Shown here: piece after piece, positions 55,973-64,000 of the stretch
Position numbering within the stretch: position 1 is the first letter of the stretch
Layout: each line of letters opens with the position of its first letter
Source: Strigamia acuminata
Lineage: Eukaryota
Assembly (NCBI GenBank): GCA_949358305.1
Contig: OX442314.1
Coordinates: 24,800,001-24,864,000 of the forward strand
DNA length: 64,000 nt
Reading direction: 5' to 3'
Translations under genes and position numbers: made by a program
Notes under the pieces: generated by a model
Databases searched by the model: none
The model's input: the letters and a program-made list of their open reading frames with translations, nothing else
Told to the model about the DNA's origin: nothing

Positions 55973-56643
55973 TCAAACCAACTGCGTTAAAATAGCAAGG
56001 AAAACTAGCGAAAACGTAATCAACTTGCTCATCATTTGCACGTTGGAATTGTTGCATAAATCTGAGCTGCACCAACACGTATTTGATTCTATTCCATCGA
56101 TTGTAAACTGGCCGCAACCGTCCTCGTGGTTTTCAGTTTTAGCATCTTTTGGCAACCCGCATCCTTTCGTAACTGCCTCTATAATTCAAAAACACATCAA
56201 AATTCAACACGTTTACACGAATTCATAACGTATTCATTACTTTTGCCAAACACAGTTGCTTCGGCTTTCCAGCAAGACTTTTTGTTTGTCGTGCACTGGC
56301 TCGGGTTATTTTCGCAACTTTCTATTGTTGAGCATTCGTAACACTTTAGCGAAAGTCCTGGTGGTAAAATATAAAACAATTTGCTTGTCAAAGATGAGCA
56401 ATAAATTAGCTACAATGCAGATGCTGTGCAAGATGTGTTTATTAACCATTCGAGCTCTAAACCTGCAAAATCTCCAAAATATACCAAAACTAAGTCCTAA
56501 TAAAGATATTGCCTTGATTTTTTAAATGTTATAAATAGTAATAAATAAATCAATTAGAAAATTTAATGAAACCATGCATTAATTTGCTAATTACCATTTT
56601 TAGCAAGTGCCAATAACAATATCCCGACTAAGAGTATCCTCAT
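55973..56643 (-). CDS. Ly6/uPAR three-finger (quiver/sleepless-like) GPI-anchored protein, copy A
   Basis: Exons 56643-56595, 56357-56241, 56178-55973; signal peptide, LKCYEC...KGC...CWCSSDLCN (10 Cys), hydrophobic C-terminal GPI signal. Confidence 0.9.
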
Positions 56644-56984
56644 GTTTGAAGGGCGAGTACAATTTGCAGCTGATTAGCTTCAAATTTGAGCGGATGAAAA
56701 GCAATAGTGCGTTGTTTCCCGTTGAAATGCCATCTCGAGGATTGAGGATGGAGCTCAATCTCTGCAATCTGACTCTACGGAAGCGCAGAAGTGCTCATTG
56801 TACGCACCTAAAAAGTGTGCACAACCTAGACGATTAGCGCACAATCTAATTTATATTTATATCAATTAACAAAATCATTTTTACGATCGAAATAGACTTT
56901 ATTACGTAATAATTTACAACTCTAAACACTTTATTACAAGTATAATGAATAAATACGTTTATATTTGTAAGTATTTGTTCAATC

Positions 56985-57584
56985 TCACATAAACTGTTTG
57001 AAAATAGCGACAATTATGAGGGGAAAAATGACCATTTCACCCTTAATTGCGTGGACATTAGCGTTATTGCATAGATCTGTGAGGCATGTACAAATATGAG
57101 TTTCCGTACCGAGAACAGTTATAGTTTTGCATGTGTTTTCAGGCTCTCCCATCAATGGTACACCGGATGGTAGGCCGCATCCTTTCGAGATAATTTCTGA
57201 AATTACGTAACAAAAAACACGCGTTAATTGAATAGACACAATTAATTAAATTTAATGATAACTTACTGTTATCACCCTTAGCCAGTTCAGCTTTAAAGCA
57301 CGAAGCAGTCGTTCCTGTGCACTCTTTATCATCGGTTTTGCAGTCCGTGCATTCGTAGCACTTGAGCGACAATCCTTTTAATAAATGTAAAGTGATTTGT
57401 GCGTGTTAAATGATTAATTATATATGATCTGGTAATTCGGGGGTGAATTATGTCTTGTTTATGCGGAATGCAGATAACATGCGTAATAATGCGGTTGTGT
57501 CACGCAGGTAGTTATTGACATGAATAGATAATTACCATTTTTGAGCAATGCCAAGAACAATATTCCGATTAGAAGGAATTTCAT
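56985..57584 (-). CDS. Ly6/uPAR three-finger GPI-anchored protein, copy B
   Basis: Exons 57584-57536, 57374-57267, 57196-56985; LKCYECTDC...CTCLTDLCNN plus hydrophobic tail. Confidence 0.9.
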
Positions 57585-58250
57585 TTTGGAGTTGTGCAAG
57601 AGTGAGTGTTCAATTTGGGAGTAAACTTTAGATCAGGTTTCAGCATGTGTGCTTCTGCAATGTGAATATCATGTGTTTAACATTTTTCAAACTGCGCAAT
57701 CCAGTGTTACGGAAGTCTAGAAGAAACAACACTCAAAAACTAAAATATTTTGTGTTTTACTTCAATTTTAAACCAAAAATGACATCATTTCCTGTTTAAA
57801 CCTATGTTAAAACTTAAAATACACTTAAACTAAAATTGTTATTTTAATTTTTGAATGAAGCTACTGTTTCGCCCTAAATAAAAAATAAAAAATGCATTCA
57901 TCCATTTTTATTTTGACTGACTGACTTAATTAATTCTTTTTTTAAAACAGAATTCTTTCTGTAACACAAAACACACTTCAAATGTATATGCGCATTAATT
58001 AAATTGAATAAGAGCGGGCCTCCATATTTTTCGCGATATTCTTATGCTCAACTTCGCGATTACGCATAGAAGTTACATGCACATTGCACAAATGTCGCAC
58101 CTATGAATATATGGTGTATTAATTGCGAAGTGAAATTTATAAATTTAATTTTATTATTTAATATTGTTGTATTTGTATTCGCGACAATTATTTATATTTA
58201 TATTTTTTCTTTTATAGTTAAATGTGTTGCATTGTTGTTTATGTGTTACT

Positions 58251-58700
58251 TTAGTCCCTTGTTTTTGCTTTACAAGTACATGAGGCCACATTCCTCTTGC
58301 AGTAGGGGCACCGTGGGGAGATTCTTGCTCTTTGGGCATCACCCATCACACGTGCATTGCAAATGGTGCAAAAGTAGGCATGAGCACAGGGCAGCATCAG
58401 AGTTGTTTTATTCTCTATGGAGACAGACAACACACTTAGCAGGCCCTGGCGCATCACCCACCTGTGGACAGTAGCACCTGGCAACAGAGGGCTCCTCAGC
58501 CAGGAGTGACTGATGCTGTTTCTTGGTTTTTTGCATGTTCTTGGGTTTTTTCTTAACAAGGTTAGGCCCCCTTCCCCCTGCGAACCTCACCTTAACTGGG
58601 TTTTTAAATGTGCTGGGGAATTGGACACTTATTTAGTCATGATATAGCAACCCCCCAATTTGGCAGTTTGGTTCTTTTCTTTCCTGGCTCTTTCCTAATA
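58251..58700 (-). pseudogene. Decayed C3HC4 RING-finger coding fragment (IAP/MEX3/neuralized-type spacing), probably carried by a mobile element
   Basis: KCVVC [frameshift] IENKTTLMLPCAHAYFCTICNARV...PRCPYCKRNV; GC-richer and CpG-poor relative to the flanks. Confidence 0.65.
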
Positions 58701-58843
58701 GCCTGTAGGAACAAGGAACCATTAATACTGTGAAAAAGAGCAATAAAATAATTATTTACAGCACTAAATAAACGAAACACCATTTATTAAACACAATATA
58801 AATCCAATTAAAGTGACACTTTGGGGTCACTACAAATTTAGCA

Positions 58844-59415
58844 TCAAATATAGTTAATTAAAGCAGCCACGAACATGAGAGAAATAATGAGAGAAATAAT
58901 GAGCAGTTTAGCAGTTTCTTTGGTGTTGGCATTATTGCATAAATCGGTGGTGCACGTGCACATAGAGGCTTCTAATCCGCCGATTTCTGTCGATTGTCCA
59001 CATTCGTTTGCGGGTTTTCTCGCCCCAAAACCTCCGCATCCTTTGAAAATGACTTCTAAAATCAAATTATTTACAGTCGCGAGTTAATATTGGCATTGTC
59101 AATCGTAAATTTCAGCTCTTATTATTTTACTTACGTCTATCTTTAGTGTGCCCGATTGCTTTTGTGCAAACTGGGTTTACCTCGTGCGCCGAACACTGCG
59201 ATGCATGGCTTTGGCAGTTTTTTTCATTCTCAAGGTCGCTGCATTTGAAGCAGACGAGTGACAACCCTGACGAATAATTATTTACAAATGCCCAATTAGA
59301 AATTATATAGTAAAAGAACAAATTAAACGCTCATTATAACCGAAATGTTAGTCAACTTGATACAATTACCACTTTTTACAAGTAGAAAAAACAGTATTCC
59401 TGCTAGGAAATTCAT
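58844..59415 (-). CDS. Ly6/uPAR three-finger GPI-anchored protein, copy C
   Basis: Exons 59415-59370, 59266-59135, 59055-58844; LVCFKC...CTCTTDLCNN plus hydrophobic tail. Confidence 0.9.
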
Positions 59416-59639
59416 TTAGGCGGGATCAGAATTGCCAAGAACAATTTTCTGAACCGAACGTCTGATCGTGCGTGCTTCTACAATGTGTATGTTATATTGT
59501 TTAGCATTTTTAAAACTGCGTTACTATGTTACGGCAAAAATAAAAACAACAAATCGAATGGAAAGAAAAGATATGTTGCAATCTTTGATATCTGATCATT
59601 TCTGATGATTTTCTGATGATTTTCTGATGATTTTAAAAC

Positions 59640-59970
59640 CGAAATAGGCTACAATTATAGCTACAATCATAAGGAGAAAGATGACGATTTCACCCTTAAT
59701 TGCATGGACCTTAACGTTATTGCATAGTCTGTGAGGACAGAAGTCTTCTTACACCAGATGTGAGGTCTTGGTTCTTATTTTTCAGAATTTCCTAAAACTA
59801 CATGTCCGCATCCTTTCACGATTTCTTCTGTGACACAAAACACACTTCAAACAAATATGCGCATTAATTAAATTGAATAAGAACTTACTGCTACCAACCA
59901 GTATTGCTTTATAGCACGAGGAACTCCGAACACTTACCATTGGATGGGTTCGGAATCCGACAATCTTTAT
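59640..59970 (-). pseudogene. Ly6 pseudogene (B-like), copy D
   Basis: Remnants SSCYKAILVGS|gtaag, EIVKGCG.., frameshifted LTD/LCNNVKVHAIKGEIVIF; further fragments at ~57950-58012 and ~61390-61470. Confidence 0.75.
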
Positions 59971-60232
59971 AAAGTGATTTTTCTATGTTAAATAATCATT
60001 TTTATGGTTATGTTTATACAGTTAGGTAATTACCTCAAGTAGCAAATCGCATCTATGTAGACTAAGTATTAGGCGCGTTCAAACTTTCGGTTTTTACGGT
60101 TTCTGTAATAGGAATAGACACAAAAACAGCCAAGTGTAAACTAAAAAGGGGTGTTGACTAAATGGATTAAAAGTATCACAGGATTGGTCTGAACTGCGTA
60201 AGATAATCCAAATCTTTCCAGATCCTGTCATT

Positions 60233-60368
60233 CAGATCTGAACTGGGTAGAAATTTAGTATCGGGAAATCTGGATGGATCGGGCCACAGGGATAGGCTAC
60301 GGTGGGCCAGGGACGGGCCACGGGCTGCTGGGAACTTCCCGGTAGCTCGCCCAGCCAGTCCAGCACTG
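60233..60368. mobile_element. Short hAT-type MITE
   Basis: 8-bp TSD CTGTCATT/CTGTCATG; the left end matches the cagggctggactggg..aaatttagtaccgggaaatctgga element at ~15534. Confidence 0.7.
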
Positions 60369-60668
60369 CTGTCATGTGATACTTGCCTGGGCTCATGGGC
60401 CAGCGCCCACCCACACGCTGCACCGATTGCTACTCCTCTGCATACATAAATTAACTGTAATAAATTTACTGTTTCCAGAAAATAAAAATAAAAAATAAAT
60501 GTTTATTTATACTGAAAATGTATATGTTGTATAGTAAAATGTTAATTAGTTTTAAGAGCAATAATCATTCAGATTTAGGCAGACTGCATGAAAAAGACCA
60601 TAACCGTTATAAAACATCACTGTTGGCGTTATTACACAAATCTGTATCAGTATCGCACGTGCATATGG

Positions 60669-61176
60669 TCAAGTACAGTTAATTACAGCAGTCACGAATA
60701 AGAGAGAAATAATCAGCGATTTAGTCGTTTTTTTGGTCTTGGCATTGTTGCATTTATCGCTGTTGCACACGCAAGTAGTGCCCGTTAATTCCTTGTATTC
60801 GTCTTTTTTGCAATCGTCGGTGACTGTTCTCAGCTTATGATCATCGCATCCTTTTACCATGAAACCTAAAATTAAATGATTTACACTCGCGAGTTAATAT
60901 TGACAATTGAAATTATAAATTGTTTTTCTTTTATTTACTTGCATCTTTATGCGCCGCGACTGTTTTCGTGCAAACTGGGTTTGCGCCGGTCGCCGTACAC
61001 TCCTTTTCATCGACTAGGCAGCCATCTTCATTACCTTTATTGCATTCGATGCAGATGAGTGATAACCCTGACGAATAATTATTTACAAATAAGCACTTGG
61101 CTTTAATTAGTGATTAATTGATATAATTACCACTTTTTACAAGTAAAAACAACAGTATTTCTGCTAGGAAATTCAT
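60669..61176 (-). CDS. Ly6/uPAR three-finger GPI-anchored protein, copy E
   Basis: Exons 61176-61131, 61067-60939, 60865-60669; LICIEC...CVCNSDKCNN plus hydrophobic tail. Confidence 0.88.
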
Positions 61177-61892
61177 GGAATTTGAGAATTTCCAAGTACA
61201 ATTTTCTGAACCGAACGTCTGATCGTGCGTGCTTTTACAATGTGTATGTCATATTGTTTAGCATTTTTTAAACTGCGTTACTATGTTAGGGCAAAAATAA
61301 AAACAATAAATCAAATGCTTGAGAAGCTCAATCTTTGAAGTATCCGTAACACAGAAAATTACACACGATTCAATTTAAATCAAAACTATTTTTAAAACCG
61401 AAATAGGCTACAATTATAGCTACAATCATAAGGAGAAAGATGACGATTTCACCCTTAATTGCATGGACCTTTTCTGTGTTAATTAATCATTTTTATGTTT
61501 ATGTTTATACAGCAGTTAAGTTAGATAATTACCTCAAGTGGCAAATCGCATCTACCTATAGACTATTAGGCGCGTTCAAACTTTCGGTGTTCACGGTTTT
61601 TTACCGTTTCTATAATAGAATAAATTTACAGTTTCCAGAAAACAAAAATAAAAATTAAATGTTTATTTATACAGAAAATGTGTATGTTGTATAGCAAAAT
61701 GTATATGTTGTATAGCAAAATGTATATGTTGTATAGCAAAATGTTAAATTAGTTTTAAGAGCTATAAACATTCAGATTTAAGCAGACTGCATGATAAAGA
61801 CCATAACCATTACAAAAACATCACCGCTTTGCTCGTAACTTTAACGTCGACGTTATTAAACAAATCTGTATCAGTTTCGCACGTGCATATGG

Positions 61893-62938
61893 TCAAATAC
61901 AGTTAATTACAGCAGTCACGAATACGAGAGAAATAATCAGCGATTTAGTCGTTTCTTTGGTCTTGGCATTGTTGCATTTATCGCTGTTGCACACGCAAGA
62001 AGTGGTTTTTAATCCATGGCCTTCTGCTTTTTCGCAATCGTCGGTGACTGTTTTCAGCTTATAATCATCGCATCCTTTTACCATGTAAGCTAAAATTAAA
62101 TTATTTACACTCGCGAGTTAATATTGACAATTGAAATTATAAATAGTTTTGGTATAATTTTACTTTACCGGCCACCTCTCAGATCTATCTCAAAAATTTG
62201 GATTTAGGGGTAGTCAAGGGTGGGGAATCGAATGGCGTTGACGGTTTTGGGGGCAAACGAAAACGGAAGCGAAAATCAGGAGATTAATGGCTGTAGATTA
62301 AGCAGGGAATCACATGGCCCATTGTTGTTGTTGTTGTTGTTGCTGTCGTCGCTGGTTCCACAGTGTTAGCGGGAAGGGTGGTCGGGGAAGGGCGGAGGCG
62401 GGAAGAGGGGTTCAGGGGGGGCAGGGCCCCCCTTGAATAAAAAAAGAATAAGCACGTGCATAACAATGCTGACAGCTAACAATGCAATTAAAAAATTTAA
62501 ATAATGGGCCAGAGAAAGAGCAATTGAAGGTAGTATAACTGGTCGTTAATCTCCTGATTTCCGCTTCGTTTTCGTTTGCCCCTAAAACCGTCAACGCCAT
62601 TCAATTTCTCACCCTTGAATACCCCTAAATCCAAATTTTGAAGATAATCTGAAAAGTGGCCGGTAAAGTAAAATTGTTCCATTGTTTTTCTTTTACTTAC
62701 TTCCATCTTTACTCGACAAGGTTGTTTTCGTGCAAACTGGGTTTGCGCCAGTCGCCGTACACTCTTTTTCATCCTCTTGGCAGCCATCATCATTACCTTT
62801 CTTGCATTCGATGCAGACGAGTGATAACCCTGACGAATAATTATTTACAAATAAGCACTTGGCTTTAATTAGTGATTAATTGATATAATTACCACTTTTT
62901 ACAAGTAGAAACAACAGTATTCCTGCTAGGAAATTCAT
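61893..62938 (-). CDS. Ly6/uPAR three-finger GPI-anchored protein, copy F (recent duplicate of E)
   Basis: Exons 62938-62893, 62829-62701, 62089-61893; intron 2 carries a MITE absent from E. Confidence 0.88.
62151..62680. mobile_element. Merlin-like MITE with ~135-bp TIRs in intron 2 of Ly6 copy F
   Basis: Ends GGTATAATTTT / AAAATTGTTCC; 8-bp TSD ATAGTTTT/ATTGTTTT confirmed by the empty site in paralogue E (~60915-60930); GG-start plus 8-bp TSD is consistent with Merlin. Confidence 0.75.
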
Positions 62939-63179
62939 GGAATTTGAGAATTGCCAAGAACAATTTTCTGAACCGAACGTCTGATCGTGCGTGCTTCTAC
63001 AATGTGTATGTCATATTGTTTAGCATTTTTCAAACTGCGTTACTATGTTAGGGCAAAAATAAAAACAATAAATCAAATGCTTGAAAAGCTCAATCTTTGA
63101 AGTATGCATAACACAGAAAATTACACACGATTCAATTTAAATCAAAACTATTTTTAAAACCGAAATAGGCTACAATTAT

Positions 63180-63540
63180 ACAGAGAAAGAGACCATGTGC
63201 TTTAGCGTTTTTGTATAGATCTAAGAGGCACTACTTAACTTCTTCACAAGCGTTGAGCATTTGTCTTCAACGACCTTTGATGTACGATTACAATTCAATT
63301 TCATCAAGTGTCGCGGTGATGTTAACATCAAATCGGTACTGAACTTCGCATCCTCTTCATCTGCTACAAACGAAATGGCCAATCCCTTCGTCCCAAACCG
63401 ACCAGCCCGAGCAACTGTGTAAATATGTAACTGAATTCTGGCATATCAACTGGGCCAACGTCATACAGTGCATGTGTTTTTATGCTCTCTCATCAATGGT
63501 ACATCGGCTAGTAGACCGCATCCTTTCGAGATAATTTCTG
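63180..63540 (-). pseudogene. Ly6 pseudogene (B-like), copy G; exon 3 split by an insertion
   Basis: IISKGCGLLADVPLMREHKNTC (63536-63465), then the insertion, then remnant [12 protein letters not shown] (~63230-63195). Confidence 0.75.
63267..63447 (-). pseudogene. DDX39B: UAP56/DDX39 (Hel25E) DEAD-box helicase C-terminal fragment
   Basis: Across small indels: [56 protein letters not shown], matching the UAP56 C-terminus (motif VI HRVARAGR). Confidence 0.88.
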
Positions 63541-63814
63541 AAACTTCGTAACATTTAATTTTGAAACAGAATTTTAATGCAAAAAAAAAAAAAAAAAAAA
63601 ATTGAAAAATAGTATGCTTTACACAAATATTTATAGTATATAGTACATCTAAAATGAATGTTGTAAGGATATTCTCATTTAATGAATTAAACAATTTATA
63701 AACTACGTTTTGCTTCTTGATTCTTTGATGTATACACACGAGCACTTGTGTACATAACAGTCCCAAAATAGAAGATTATTGCAGAACTCACCTAATAAAT
63801 ATTTTTTGCGATGG

Positions 63815-64000
63815 TCAAATATAGTGAATTAAAGCAGCCACGAATGTGAGAGAAATAATGAGCGATTTAATCGTTTCTTTGGTGTTGGCATTGTTGCATT
63901 TATGGCTGTTGCACACGCACATAATGGATTCTATTCTCAGGAATTGTTTCGGTTTGTGGCATTCGTTTTGGACTGTTCTCAGCGGATAATCCACGCATCC
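63815..64000 (-). CDS. Ly6/uPAR three-finger GPI-anchored protein, copy H (last exon; gene continues beyond the window)
   Basis: GCVDYPLRTVQNECHKPKQFLRIESIMCVCNSHKCNNANTKETIKSLIISLTFVAALIHYI*. Confidence 0.85.
   Translation of the reverse strand, partial: GCVDYPLRTVQNECHKPKQFLRIESIMCVCNSHKCNNANTKETIKSLIISLTFVAALIHYI

Overview
AT-rich eukaryotic (animal, most likely arthropod) genomic DNA with many short (~55-80 nt) spliceosomal introns; it is not prokaryotic and has no CRISPR array. All exon structures were read by hand. 1-17.8 kb is gene-poor: nested MITEs, a fold-back remnant of a hAT transposon (6.2-7.8 kb) and an orphan 18-nt micro-exon. Then, left to right: a NAT-type SLC6 amino-acid transporter (-, 17.8-30.6 kb); WDR45B/WIPI3 (+); a MINPP1/Mipp-family histidine phosphatase (-); CPT1 with a mutually exclusive exon pair next to the catalytic His (-); LTO1/ORAOV1 (-), head-to-head with GDP-L-fucose synthase (+, one U12-type intron); a synaptotagmin-12-like gene (+). 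From 56 kb to the window end is a tandem birth-and-death array of GPI-anchored Ly6/uPAR three-finger genes: five complete, one partial and several pseudogene remnants, interrupted by a decayed RING fragment and a UAP56/DDX39 fragment. Most interesting signals: (1) two young Ly6 paralogues differ at about 26 amino acids but only about 3 synonymous codons, while their introns and promoters are nearly identical; (2) a Mu-killer-like inverted duplication of a hAT promoter and 5' transposase, predicted to make a long hairpin RNA; (3) the CPT1 exon pair; (4) unusual active-site residues in the phosphatase and the transporter.
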